A stretch of DNA of 63,559 nt, the filler included, from Reticulomyxa filosa (Eukaryota; Protista; Foraminifera), in NCBI GenBank assembly GCA_000512085.1. It is 20 parts of 20 records of this genome, joined end to end, with 100 filler letters (N's around TTAATTAATTAA, not from the genome) between each part and the next. Parts side by side here need not be neighbours in the genome. Positions count along the whole stretch, not along the records: positions 10,975 to 17,694 come from ASPP01005068.1; positions 17,795 to 18,796 come from ASPP01006384.1; positions 18,897 to 22,677 come from ASPP01026214.1; positions 22,778 to 27,667 come from ASPP01020416.1; 16 more parts are not named here. One strand, 5' to 3'. The translations under genes and the position numbers were made by a program. How positions within the stretch are numbered: the stretch's first letter is position 1; each line of letters starts with the position of its first letter. Positions 12,677-26,007 of this stretch are shown one piece after another. A model generated the notes under the pieces. That model saw only the letters and a list, made by a program, of their open reading frames with translations. It ran no database searches and was not told the origin of the DNA.

Positions 12677-13994
12677 TTTTTTTTTTCCAACGTTGAAGTG
12701 AAAACGAAAACAATTGAGACAAATAAATTTCGAAAACTCTTCAAAAAAAAAAAAAAAAAAAGGAACACGTCAGAATAAGTTTTTCCTTTCTTGGGGAACT
12801 TGAGCATACTCTTTGCTGCTTGGAACGATTTTTGCAAAAACTGCACAAATTCAAAATACGAATAAAAATAAAAACTTTCTTTTTCTTCTTTCGAAAAGGC
12901 AAAGACAACAAGAATACAATGCTGGTTGTAAGCTGTCTGCTTTAAAACGTATAAAAATATGAGACAAGTTAATTCGCAATTCGTAACATATGCATGGGAG
13001 GAAAGCCACATGCGACAGTTTTAGGAGATTTAGTTGCTCAAAATGAACATGAGATCGCAAATAATGAGATACTACATTTGACAAAAGAATCATCCTTTTT
13101 CCCAACTTACTTTAGTTTTGTTTCCACGACGTCAAAGAAAAGAGATGTAAGAGTGTCAGTAAAAAAAAAAGACTCGTCTTCGTTTACTTTGCAATCTCTC
13201 TTTGCAAAGTAAAAACTACAGTCACTTAACATTCAAGAGTTATTGCTTTCATCAAGTAAGGAGTTGTAAATTTTTGTTCTTGATCTTTAAAAACCTGTTT
13301 TCGAACTTAACACTCTTTAATCAAAGTTATTTGTGTCAAATGTAAACTTATTTTGTATAACTGAGTAGGGTTTGTATTTTGTCCTTGCTAAATTTTGATT
13401 AGTTTGTTGTAATATTGTTCATTATTAAATATGGTTTTTTTTAAAAAAATTATAGAAAGCATTATATCCATGTGTAAATAGAAAATCAAATTCCCTTTGC
13501 TTTATTACAATGAACAGAAAGAATACAACCATTGTATCGTGAATATTTTATGGTCATTATTTTCTTAAGATATCAAATTGATGGTCAGATCACAAACAAA
13601 GTCTCGATCGGATAGAGGAAAAGGCACGTACATCAATCAAAGAATACACGAGAAAGTCAAAGAAAAAAACAACAGTAATAAATTGACATATGTGCTTTCA
13701 TGCTGGAAGTGAAGGCAACAACAAAAATCAACTAAATGAACTAACAGATGAAACGAAGCAAACATTATGAAACAGCATTAATCAATGACTTTTTTTTACC
13801 TTTTACATATCAAGTACGTTTCAAAACGCATTGTTTGATGTCTATCAGAGATTCCATTCTACGTTCTTTCCAAAAGGCTTTTTTTAACTAAAAACGTTTC
13901 CACAAACGATTTTCACTCACTCTAATTCAATATAAAAAAAAAAGGAACAAACGAATTTTTTATGTCTATTTTTCTCTAATTCGTCATCACCATC

Positions 13995-16820
13995 ATGCTC
14001 GCACAACTCTGTCAAATTTTCCCCGAGATAAGCGAAACAGTTATTTCAGATGCGTGGAATTACTTTAATACAAATGTGGAAGAAATAAAGACTGTCTTGA
14101 CCTACGTTGCAGAAAATACGTTAAAACTTGCTTTTTTTAAAACAATTATTTGCAGTTATTTAACAAATGAAAAAATATAGTACAAATTTGGAACAACAAG
14201 AATACTTGATGAAATTATTTGTGAATTTTCATAATAAAGTTGAAAATGCAACAATATTGCAAGCATGGAATAGTTGCAATCAAATTTTTTATGATACGTA
14301 TTTGAGATTAAAAGCAATTTGCTCCAATAACATTAATGAGTTAAATGTCTTTGGAATAATATTTATTATTGTGTGTGACAAAAACAAAAGATAATCATTG
14401 TATATGTATATGTATATATAATGATTGTTAATACCTGGAATAAAATAGATTGAAAGAAGAAAGTGATTTTAAAATAGTAAGCGAAATAACCTTACATATA
14501 CAGTGGAACATGTTGAAATATCCTAAGCACATCAAATATCGACAAATCAGTGATGAGAGATTATACGATAATTTACAACGCAAATGTGAACAATTTGGTG
14601 GAAATATAAAGTCAACATTTGAAAAAATGGAACATTTGTTACAAATAATTGGATTTGAAAAAAGCAATGATAGCAATTGGTATTATGGGAATAAAGATGT
14701 TAAATTGTCATCGCTGTGGATATGTCATAGACAATGGATTGAGAAACAAATAATGTATTGTCGGTGTATGTATTTGTTCTGTGTACATAATAAAACGAGT
14801 TTTGTAAACATGATTTGAAAAGTTGATACAATAACAGATACAAAACAATCATTGGCATTCCAAAGACCGTGTGTTTATTATCGAATGGAAAATGGAGAGA
14901 CTATGAAATTTTATTTGATTATCAACATCGAGCAATCATGTTGCTTGATGAAAAAAAATTAAAAATAAAATTATTACAAGTTGGAAATCCAAACAAATCG
15001 TCATTGGAATTCAATGTTCATATTCAATATTACAATGACATTGACATTTATCAAACGCATGCCAAATGGGCTTGTCTTATTCTCAATCATACTTGGCACT
15101 TTCGTACAACGACTTCTTTGGAGAGAGATTACTTATCGGATTGCTTATCAGTTACTACTTACACGTGCGTATGATTTTGTGATTTGCATTCAACACATTG
15201 TAAATGTGATCACTATTTGGATATGTACAAACAGGAGTTCAACTCTTTCCAGATTATTTGGAATGACGAATATAATCAAATACACAAAGATCCATTCAAT
15301 CCTTTTTCGATATCCCTGAAGCAAGGTTGCCAATATTTCAAAGACAAATTACAAAAGAGAGAGCATTTTGTTCATGGAGCAGATGAACTAATAGAATTTA
15401 AGTGCATTGAACCACACACGAATAATGAAGATGCATTATTACATCATATTTACAAACATCTTCCTTGTTATCCAACTGTTCAAGTTCATTGGACAATAAT
15501 GGGATATTTCGTGGTACCATATACACACACTGTCAGCATAGAAAGAACGCATATTCCAAAAAGAAGCATTCACATTGATAGCACAGCGATTCCATTAAAC
15601 GAAAAATGTATGTTCAATCCATTATTGTATGAATGTGATGTACAAAAACTTAGAGTCATGCAAGATGCACTGCACTTCAAGTTGAGACTAGACAATCAAT
15701 TACACAGATTGCTACGTGAATTGATAAAGAATGGTTATTTGGCTGATTTGACCTCTGAAAAACCAGCAATATCCTCTGCAGAAATCAAAGAGCAAATTCA
15801 TTATAATGAAAAGGATGAAAATAGTAAATTGGTATTCAATGATCAAATATTGACAATATTAAAAGATATCAAGAAATTGTATCATGATGATATTCATAAA
15901 CAAATGGGATATCCACTTCAATTATGGAATATTTGTGCAATTTTATTGTATTGTGGCAAATCATGCAATGTTCAATTCAGTTATGATCAAATCAAATTTA
16001 GACATCATATATGGCCTTTTATGGATTATTATTTACAGGAGGCTATCATGATTCTTCACAGACATGAAAGAAGAGAAGAAAGTGAAATGGAGTTATATTG
16101 TGGATTGAAAGGAGTGAGATTGAAAAATATCAAAGAAATAAAATCAGGATCTTTCATAAGTCATGTAAGCACTTCTGATGATATTCAAGTTGCACAAAGG
16201 TTTAGAAGTAATCAAGGATGTATTTTACATTTTCATCCTTCTATGAGACGAGCACGTGGTATATTAAGCTGTGATGTATCATGGATATCTCCATTCAAAT
16301 ATGAACGTGAAATTTTGTTTGCAAGATCTTACTTATCTCTCATGAATGACGAAAAAACACATAAGGAATTAGTTCATGGAATGCAAAAGTAGAAAGTGAA
16401 GACAAATATACGCAGACGATATTACTGACATGGACAGAACATGATCGATACATTCAACAGGTCATGCATGTGAGCTCGATGTGGAGCCACTCCATTGATT
16501 TGAATATTATTTATATTCTATTAATCGAAGCTCAAAATTCTATGGAAATACACCAATTCTTGGATGGATTTCGACTGGCCAAAGATAGCATTAAACAAAG
16601 ATACAACAAAATTATGAAAGAGTTTATGGAACATCGTTGCTGCAATCACGACATCAATTTATTTTTTATTTATTTGGAACAAGTACTTAATTTTCTCTTT
16701 TTGAAAAAGCAATACGATGCTGTCAAGCTTGCACTATCATATGTTGTTTATAATGGATTACCATTTGTTCAGAAAGACAAAGCTATGGCAAGAAAACAAA
16801 CAGAAATGAAATTAGTTTAA
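13995..16820 (+). CDS. CUE-like x2 - PUB - ADP-ribosyltransferase (R-S-E/ARTC-type fold) protein; 5 exons; one frameshift near 16370
   Basis: In-frame GT-AG introns 14120-14180, 14340-14448, 14755-14837, 15151-15234. CUE-like LAQLCQIFPEISETVI; PUB-like NMLKYPKHIKYRQI...LLQIIGF; ART motifs LYCG (~16093), STS (16168), EREILF (16303). Confidence 0.75.
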
Positions 16821-17794
16821 GACTAACTTATTTGAAAACATCACATTTGCTGTGAAAATGTTTCAATTTTGTGTGATTTTCACAGTTAAATAACAAATAG
16901 GGCAAAAAGAATACAATTTCTATTTAATAAGTATTTGTTCATTAGATTATATATTTCAGTATTAAAAAATAAATTGTTTTTTTTTTCAAACAAAAATTTT
17001 CTTCCATTTCAACTGTCATATGTATTAACATCAGTTATAAAATGGCGATATCAGAAATAGTTTTCTGCAAGAAATATGTGTGCCATCTCTAGTACTGGTT
17101 CTACTTGTAGCCAGCTAGTTTTTTGAAATTGAACTTTAGTTTTTTCCTTTTGAATAATTCAATCACCACTACATCAATGTTGCAACTTTTGAGACAAGTT
17201 ATAGATAAAGAGCTGAAAGAGTGTGAAGAACAAGTAAATCAGCTGAAAACTAAAATCAATGAAAAGCGTCAATCCCAAAAAAGTTGAGAGAACACGTGTG
17301 ACTTTTACTACAAGTAAGTATTGCCAACGTTCCAGCAAATTAAAATAAAAGACACATTAGCAATTTACTCCAAAGCCGAAGCACCAGCAAAAAAAATTGG
17401 AACAGAAGACATTATTAAGAGGTCATTTTGGAAAGATATATGATATTGATTGGCATAATGATAGCAAGCATTTACTTTCGATATCTCAAGATGAGAATTT
17501 GATAGTTATATGCATGTAGGGGAAGTCCCTATTATAAATCCCCAACTACTAACGGAACGGTGGGACCCCCATTGGGTTAAAACTCTATTCTCAAAACAAC
17601 TCACTTTTCTCTCGTTGTACTTGTTTCTTTCATTTTAGTTGTTATTATTCTTTTTTTAATTTACTTTCTTTTACTGAAGTTGTTCTTTTGGAACNNNNNN
17701 NNNNNNNNNNNNNNNNNNNNNNNNNNNNNNNNNNNNNNTTAATTAATTAANNNNNNNNNNNNNNNNNNNNNNNNNNNNNNNNNNNNNNNNNNNN

Positions 17795-18796
17795 CAGGCC
17801 GATGACCGCCCACCAGGCCAGCGGCTCGCCGCGCCAGCCTTTCACCAGCCGCACGTGCAGCCAGGCAGCGTAGTTCAGCCACACGATCAGCGCCCAGGTT
17901 TCTTTCGGGTCCCAGCTCCAGTAGCCACCCCAGGCATCGGCCGCCCACATCGCCCCCAGGATGGTGGCGATGGTGAAGAACAGGAAGCCGACCGAAATGG
18001 CCTTGTACATCACTTCGTCCAGCACTTCCGGCTTGGGCAGCTTGTCGGTCAGGATGCCGCGGCGCGACAGCAGCTGTGCCACGCCCAGCATGGCCGACAG
18101 CGCAAAGGCACCGTAACCGACAAAGTTGGCCGGCACGTGGATTTTCATCCACCACGACTGCAGCGCCGGAATCAGCGGCTGGATGGTGTGCGCCTGGCGA
18201 TCGAAGGTGTACCACAGGATGAAACCCACCGCCGCGGAGATCACCAGCAGCACGAAGGCACCCATCTGGCGGGCAGCAAACTTGGCTTCGTAGTACAGGT
18301 ACATCAGCGCGGTAATCAGACAGAACAGGATGAACACTTCGTACAGGTTGGAGACCGGGATGCGGCCAACGTCCGGCGCGATCAGGTAGCTCTCGTACCA
18401 GCGGGTAAACAGACCGGCCAGCGCAAACGCCGAAGCCGCCCAGGTGAGGCCGCTACCGATGCGGTTGAGCAATTCCGAACGCGACAGCAAGCCCGCCCAG
18501 TAGATGGCGGTGGCCAGGAAGAACAGCGTACACATCCACATGAACGACGACTGGCTGGAGAACAGGTACTTCAGGCCAAAGCTTTCGGTCGCCCGCGCCA
18601 GGTTGTGGTCGTACAGCTCGATGGCCAGCAGCGACATGGCACCGGCCAGCGGGAAGAACCAGCGCCAGCTGCCCCAGAACCAGCCCAATGCCACGATGCC
18701 GGCACCGCTGCCCAGCAGGATCACGTCCTCGTAGATATCCATCTTCGCGCCGTACAGGCTGAAGGTGTAGCCGGTCACCACGGCAATGAACAGGGC
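17795..18796 (-). CDS. ccsB: Bacterial cytochrome c biogenesis protein CcsB/ResC (system II), partial at both ends
   Basis: WWD domain WAADAWGGYWSWDPKETWALIVW, KIHVPANF and WLHVR histidines, PVSNLYEVF; high GC, no introns; resembles betaproteobacterial sequences. Confidence 0.93.
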
Positions 18797-18896
18797 NNNN
18801 NNNNNNNNNNNNNNNNNNNNNNNNNNNNNNNNNNNNNNNNTTAATTAATTAANNNNNNNNNNNNNNNNNNNNNNNNNNNNNNNNNNNNNNNNNNNN

Positions 18897-20792
18897 ATGA
18901 CAATGACAATGGCAATAACAATGACAATGACAATGACAATAACAATGATAATAATGATAATAATGGGAATAAACATGAACATGAAGATGACATGCAGACG
19001 AACATGCAGACGAACATGCAGACTCAATAAGAAATGAGAATATGGATGAAGAGGAGCTTACGGATAACGACAAAGGCAAAGATAGTAGTGACGAGAACAA
19101 AGATGAGAATGACGAGAAAATGGCCGAAATGATTGAGGAACAGCCCGAGCAAATGTCGACGATGAATGATGGGAAAATTGGGGAAAGCACGCCTACTATG
19201 CAAGTCAAATTGCCGACTCCATTGCTATTGCCGCGTCCAGAAATGAGCAAAGAAATGACAGAGTCAGCTGCGGAAGCGTCCGGCGTCATATCGCAGACGG
19301 AAGAGAGCATAACAGTCGTGAGACACAAACACGTTAAGCAGTACACGGACCCACCGCCCGCTCCAAGACTGATCGAATTTGAAGAAGACGATCCGACCTT
19401 ATTCTTTCGCTCGGTCCTTCGCGGCGGTGACGTTCAAGAGGGGGATGTGGTTCGTGTGTCGCCACAAAACCAAGCCGTGTTCTTTGATCCAATCAACGGG
19501 AAATCGCCTATTGTGGAATTACGGATTACTAAAATTTTTAAGCTCAGTCACTTTACTTTTTTTTTTTTAAAAAAAAAAAAGTAGAGTCTGTATATATATT
19601 TACATGTATATGTATATATGTATGAGTGTGTATAACATTCAATATAATGGAGTATTGTCTTTTATGGGCTATGTAACAGTTCGAATGCTCGGCCATTGCG
19701 GGTGGAGTGTCATGTGAAAAAAGCGAATAGCAAGATGAAGAAAGAAAAAGGCGGCTATGCATTCCATGCACTCGAACGAAGCTCCGAGTTCATTTTGAAA
19801 ACTGGGGACGACCTTCGTCGAGATGTTGCAGTTCAAATGATGTTTCAATTAATGAATGCAATATGGAGTGGAAGCAACTCCTTGCGGATAGAGGGGCAAT
19901 GTGTCGAAATTGTAACCTATCAATGCACACCCATGGGGCCCGATTTTGGCTTGATTGAGTATGTGTCCGGTTGCACTCAACTGGCCAAACTCAAAACGAT
20001 CAAGAATCGAATCTCCAGCAGCAGCGCTCGATTATGTCGTCTCATTGCCACTGCAGTCGGTAGTTATATTGGCGCATATGTTATGGTAGGTTTTTTTTCT
20101 TTCACTTTAAAAATATGTATATGTATATGCTACATGCAGTTCTATGTTGTACTCTTTTTGTTATCTTTTATTTGCATATATCTTGAAAAGGGTATTCGAG
20201 ATCGTCATCATGACAATGTATTGGTGCGAGACAGCGACGGTGCATTGTTTCATATCGATTTTGGTTATATACTAGGGTTAGTCTTTGTTTTTGTTTTTTT
20301 TACTTTGTTTTAAATTTTGCTGATAAAAAAAAAAAACAAACTATGGTGCATATTTCTAACAGAGAAAAGACGGCAGTGGTCGATACAAATGCAATTGCCA
20401 TTACTCCTGCTTTGAAAAAATTAATGGGCAAACGCTGGGACGATTTTATTGAACTTGGAGTACGAGCCTTCGTGGAGCTGCGCTCTCATTATAGTGAATT
20501 GATCGACTTTGCACGTATCTTATTCCCCTTTTTAGCTCCGATTCACGAAGTCGAAGACTTCATTATGAAGCAATTGAAATGTGATCGCTCCATAGAGGAA
20601 GCTAGCAGGTGCGTTGCATATACGAACGTGCTTTTTTTTTTTGTCAGCAAAAAATAATAATAAAATGAATGTATGTATGGACAAAATATGTACAGCTTTA
20701 TTGGAGAAAAACTAAGAAAAGCACCCAAGAGCATGAAGACAAAGATGAAAAATATGACCCACAATATCGCACAAAAGATGAAGCCAGAATAA
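18897..20792 (+). CDS. Phosphatidylinositol 3-/4-kinase family protein, catalytic domain (multi-exon, 5' partial)
   Basis: FILKTGDDLRRD, TYQCTPMGPDFGLIEYV, YVM|GIRDRHHDN, LFHIDFGYILG; acidic N-terminal region. Confidence 0.9.
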
Positions 20793-21286
20793 AATTTGTA
20801 AATTCTCGAAATACTTTACTCGATATTTGGATTTTTAAACGATGAAAGTAAACTCAAAGAAAACAATTACTAAGCTTTTTATATTACTATTGTTTTCTCA
20901 TTGCTTTTTTTTAGTTTGAAGATGTGTTTATTACGTGCGAGATGATTTTTTTTCTCGGTTCAAGGAAACGCCCATTTCGGTTTTTGTTTGTTTCGAAGTT
21001 GTAGGGAATGCCAATCTTCCTTTCCCTACAAAGCAAATTTCATCGTATCGCCAAAAAAAAAAAAAATAATTATCAATACAGAAAAACCAAAAAAAAAAAA
21101 AAAAGAAGAAGAAACCAAAATGATGCTCATAACGACACAGAAAAACCAACAAAAAGCCACAAAAGAGACAATGAACCGTTTAAGAACTCAAAAAAAAAAA
21201 AAACAAAGAAAACAAACAAGGAAAAATAAGCAAAGTGATTTTCTACTCGATCCGTTTAGTTTGACTTTCCGCTCCTCTTTTGCGTC

Positions 21287-22677
21287 TCACACGGTATCGT
21301 TTTCAACGTTATTCTTGTTGGACTCTCCACGTCTTCGAGGTGCATTGACGCGGCCTCCTTGGCGATTATTATTTTCGTGCTGTTCAGGTGAGCGATTGGC
21401 AAATGATTGACTTCTCGGGTTATGTGTCGTTGTCTTACATTAACACATCCCAAAAACAAGGTGCAATTCAGGAAAGAAAAAAAGAAAAAAAGAAAAAAAG
21501 AAAAAGAGGAAAAATAAACAAACTTTTTTGGCAATACGGCGTCTGTCTCCACCAATGTTGACATCGGAAGACATTCGAAAGGGTGGATGTGAACTTTTTT
21601 TGGAAGAGGAGCGACGACTCTTGCGTTTGGACGTATCGGAATCATTGTCTTCATCGTCGGTATCACTGCTCGAGTCAAAGACGTGGCCGTCATCGTCCTT
21701 TTTTTTTTTCTTTCTCTTGAATTGGTTGTTGTTGTTATGGTGATTATTATGTCGATTGTTGTTGTTGCGATTGTTTGTGTTGTTGTGGTGATTGTAAGCG
21801 TTACGATTGTTGTTGTTATTATTGTTATGGTTATTATTATTGTTGTTGTTGTGGCAATTGGTGTTTTGTGCACTGTGTTTGCTCAATTCATCCGCAATTA
21901 TTCGAGAGCCTGATGCAATCTCCGAAGTTTGGTTCAAGCTTTTCGTTTGCGCGTGTTTACTACTTTTCTCGTACAACGGCGCTATTTCTTCCGTGTTATT
22001 CAAATGCGCCCAGTGCGAGTGGACTTTCCCATCGTGGTTATACTGCAGTCGCACTTGTCCTGATTTCGAATCCATCTCTTGAATGCGACCTGCTTTCCAA
22101 CCGAAAGATACCAATACATCAAATCGATCGCCTTCATGCGTGTTGGGAAATCGAGTGTTGGGTTCTTTTTTTTTTTTAAAAAAAAAAAATTAAATTTTGA
22201 TTGGGTGTGAATTTGTTTGATAGCACTAATTGTAAATAAACAAATGCATAAACATATATACACATAGAGACATTTATATACGACGAAATACGTATATAGA
22301 AATTGATTGCGATATGTACATTTGTCCTCTCTTTCACCCAAGTAAATAGTAGTTGATTGGTTGGGGGGAAAAAAAAAAAAAAAAACAGAACAAACAAACA
22401 AACAAACAAAAATAATAATACGTTGCGAAATGCTGCCATGTATTGCAAAGCGAGAAAAATCTTTTACATAATCACTCCAAACATCCGACGAACTGTCGGT
22501 GCCCTGGTAATGCACACGAACCTTTGTCCCTTGCTTGTCCACAATTTCGGCTGGAACAAACTTGCCCTCCTTGTTGCGATGATCAATCGTGTCGTGCACT
22601 TTCAGTGTCTTAGCTTGTTCCGACGACATCCACCAAAGTGAAGGAGGTCTCTCGCCGTCGTATTCCGACGTAGTCGT
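21287..22677 (-). CDS. Protein with tandem Tudor/Agenet/chromo-barrel-like domains and an Asn/Ser-rich tail (5' partial)
   Basis: DTIDHRNKEGKFVPAEIVDKQGTKVRVHYQGTDSSSDVW and GWKAGRIQEMDSKSGQVRLQYNHDGKVHSHW fit Royal-family barrels. Confidence 0.6.
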
Positions 22678-22795
22678 NNNNNNNNNNNNNNNNNNNNNNN
22701 NNNNNNNNNNNNNNNNNNNNNTTAATTAATTAANNNNNNNNNNNNNNNNNNNNNNNNNNNNNNNNNNNNNNNNNNNNAAAAAAAAAAAAAAAAAT

Positions 22796-23208
22796 TACCT
22801 GAAAAAACATTTATACGTGCGTTGTCACACGTATGTTTGCCATTGCATCGTAACAACATCTTACCCTTCTTGTTCATTGATACAATAATGTTTTGACATG
22901 ACTCTTCACCATTGCAGTTGATTGTTTGTGTTACATTACTATCCTTGCTCATTACCATTTCGCTCCCATAACATGACTTCACTCCAGAACAAATGATATT
23001 TTCATAGCTACCTAGCTTTGCGTCTCTGCATGCGTCGTCACCACCTTTTGTTTGTTCATTGTTGCATTGTTTTCTTGACCTCTTTGCTCTCACCTCTCCC
23101 TTCCTTTTCCTTGCTCAAAAATTAATTACAAGTCAATACAGGCCCATTGGCAAGCGACAGCACCACAGAACAAGCTAGACATATTATGATGGATTCAATA
23201 AATTTCAT
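22796..23208 (-). CDS. Secreted cysteine-rich repeat protein (CxGxxxC repeats), 3' partial
   Basis: Signal-like MKFIESIIMSSLFCGAVA, then GGDDAC, CSGVKSC, CNGEESC, CNGKHTC. Confidence 0.6.
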
Positions 23209-24766
23209 ATTTTAATTATTGAAAAGTTTAAAAGGCTTGTCGGCTATACTGCCAAAATTTATTTTGTCTTCCCTCTTCAGGGCTAGAGTCCGAACGACAA
23301 AGCGAATAAACAAGTAAAATAAAAGATACTACAGTGAAATAAATTGCTCCTGTAAGAGATGTTGAATTTTTCTTCTTATTAAATTAATATCGGAGCCAAA
23401 TATTATTCAACACAGCCTTACATTTGTTTTCTCTAAAATTTATTTATGTGTTTTGTTACGAACAAAGTTTACAAACACTGTCTTGCTTTCATTTGACGCG
23501 ACAGTCTTTGAGATATTGATGTCCGCAAAGTATAGTTCGATATCTTTTTTCAAGCAAAAATATTTGTTTATAAAAAGGTTAAAAATAAAATCATTAGAGA
23601 AAGTAAAGAAAAGTTATACCTAAATTCCAGTATATTGCAACGTAATGCAATAAAAGCGTGTAAAAGATTTTCAAAACGAACACTAATATCGAAAGACATT
23701 GTGAAAAGATAACATTATCTTTTGAAAATAACCAACGTTGGGCTGGTTGATTAACTTATTTTGTTTTTTTAAAAGTTTTTGATTTTTATGTTAAATTTTG
23801 AAACATTTTTTAACAAAAAGTTTTTACCTAACATCCAAATAATATCAGCAACCAAACTTATTCCATAAAATGTGCCCAGCTGAGAAAAAACAGCATTGTT
23901 TACAAAAGTGTTAGAAAAACATTGAAAGCAATTACCTGAAAGATCCTTTTTGAAGAGCAAGTTTGGAGAACAAAAAACGAGATAAGCGATAAATAAAAAT
24001 TAAAATCTGGTCGAAATAGTGAGTCAAAGAACGATAAAAGAAATATCAAGCAGTTCACAGGATATACCAAGCGAGAGGCTTGAGTTGTGTATTTTGCAAG
24101 TGACATCTGAATCCTTGTTGTAGCAATTTGAAAAAATATTTGGGGTTTTAGTTATGGTCAAAAGAATAGTAATTTTTTGCGTCATTACAACATTCGAAAT
24201 TAACAAGCTTTGATTTAGGGATGATAGTGCATTTCAAAAATGTTTTTGAATATAACAAAAAAGGACACTTAAACCAATTTTCGCACTTGAATATTCTTCA
24301 ATTCTTTTTTACTTCTTGTCAAAAAACATTCTTGAAGTTAGCTTGACAAAAAGTGTCAAATACTATCTGTCTTACATGTAAAAACAAAAGATAGTTGGAA
24401 ACTCGAGTATAGTTGTGAAAAGCATCCTCTTTGTCTTAAAATGTTTTCAACAAACAAAAAGAGAGAAAAAGCAACACCCTGACGGCATGTATTTAAGCAT
24501 TTTTAGTAATTGTATTATAATACAATATTCTATTAAAATCTACGGAAAATTAAACTACATAGAATACTACCAATTTGTTTCCAAAACTGAGAAAACAAAG
24601 TTAACCTTCAGGGAGGAAAAGAAAATGAATGTTCTAATTTTTTTAAATCTAAATTGACGGAATGAATCAAAAAGAACGCTCAGAATCTCTCGTGTTGTTG
24701 AAGAAAAATAATTCAGTTTGTCAATTTGTATGAGATAAGTGAAGAGACACAACCCTAAAACAGCTA

Positions 24767-26007
24767 TTGGAGGAGGGTACAGAAAAAAAAGCAAGAAATG
24801 AACCAGCCGTAAAAGCAAAAGATGAACGAAATGGTCAAGAACAAAAAGTAGTGGAAGACAATCTAACAAAAGAAACAGGACAAGAGGCGAGGTCTGGAAT
24901 GGCAAGCGAGCCAATAAAAAAGGTACATTCAGATAAGCCAGCGGCATGGAAGGAAGTGAGTCAAGCAACAGATGCAAGTAATCGAATGAAGTGGGTGACC
25001 TCATTGTCATTAGGAGCGAACATATTATTATTTATAGCAAAGGCTGTAGTCTTTGGCATTAGTCTTTCGTTGTCCGTTTTGGCATCGTTGACGGACAGTC
25101 TGTTAGATTTGGTCACACAGGTGATAATGTTTTGGACAGAAAGACAAGTGAGGAGTATGTCACCAAACTATCCTGTGGTTAAGTGTGCGAACAAATCTAA
25201 ATTTTTTGGATTTTTTGTTATTTTGTTTATTTTTGTGCGCTTTTTTTTTTTTTTTTTTTTTTTAAATATCTTTATTATAATGTATATACGTATACGTGGG
25301 TGCATGTTAATAAATCAATACAAGGGTAAGACCCGCTTGGAACCGGTTGCAATCATGGGTGTAAGCATGTTGATGGTAATGATATCGGTAATCGTCATTC
25401 GTGAATCAATCGCGACGTTAGTTGCCCAAAGTTACGATGTGTCATTGGATATCTATATGATAGTGGTATTGACGTTTGTAATGTATTGAAGTTTTTTTTA
25501 TGGCTCTATTGCCGAAGGTTCAGATACTCCCCCATTGCCAACGCTTTGGCGGAAGATCACTTAAATGATGTCTGCAGCAACTCGATTGCTATCATTGCTG
25601 TCTCCGTGGCTTCCCACGTTCACTCTGTGCCGTGGCTGGACGCCGTCGGTGGTATCGTTATCTCGTTATATATCATTATTCGTTGGCTCCAAATTGCACG
25701 TGTTGAAATTAAAAAATTGGTTGGAAAACGTGCGGATGACTCTGCCATTCATGAAATTCGACTCGTGTGCGAACAACACTCGGCTGATATTAGCATTGAC
25801 GTGTTGAGAGCATATCACGTCGGACGCAATTTGCTTGTAGAAATCGAAGTTGTTATGGATAGGTGTACCACCTTAGAATACGTTCACGACATTTCTTTGG
25901 GGCTTCAAAAAAAAGTCGAAAATTTCCCTTATGTCGAACGGGCTTTTGTGCATGTCGATTATGCAAAAAGAAGCTATGACGAGCATAAACGTCCTTATTT
26001 ACAATAA
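24767..26007 (+). CDS. Cation diffusion facilitator, Mn-CDF (MTP8/MTP11-like) subfamily; 1-nt frameshift near 25482; start uncertain
   Basis: ASLTDSLLDL, YPV|GKTRLEP (intron 25178-25324), DHLNDV, RAYHVG, HDISLGLQKKVE, VERAFVHVDY. Confidence 0.9.

Noticed and set aside
17515-17620. Possible LTR start (TG... with TATAAAT)
   Set aside because: No second copy, primer-binding site or gag/pol nearby
13995-18796. Functional link between the ART gene and the neighbouring ccsB
   Set aside because: Separated by an artificial spacer and from different organisms
17855-18844. 329-aa plus-strand ORF and other overlapping ORFs on the bacterial contig
   Set aside because: Antisense shadows of GC-rich ccsB
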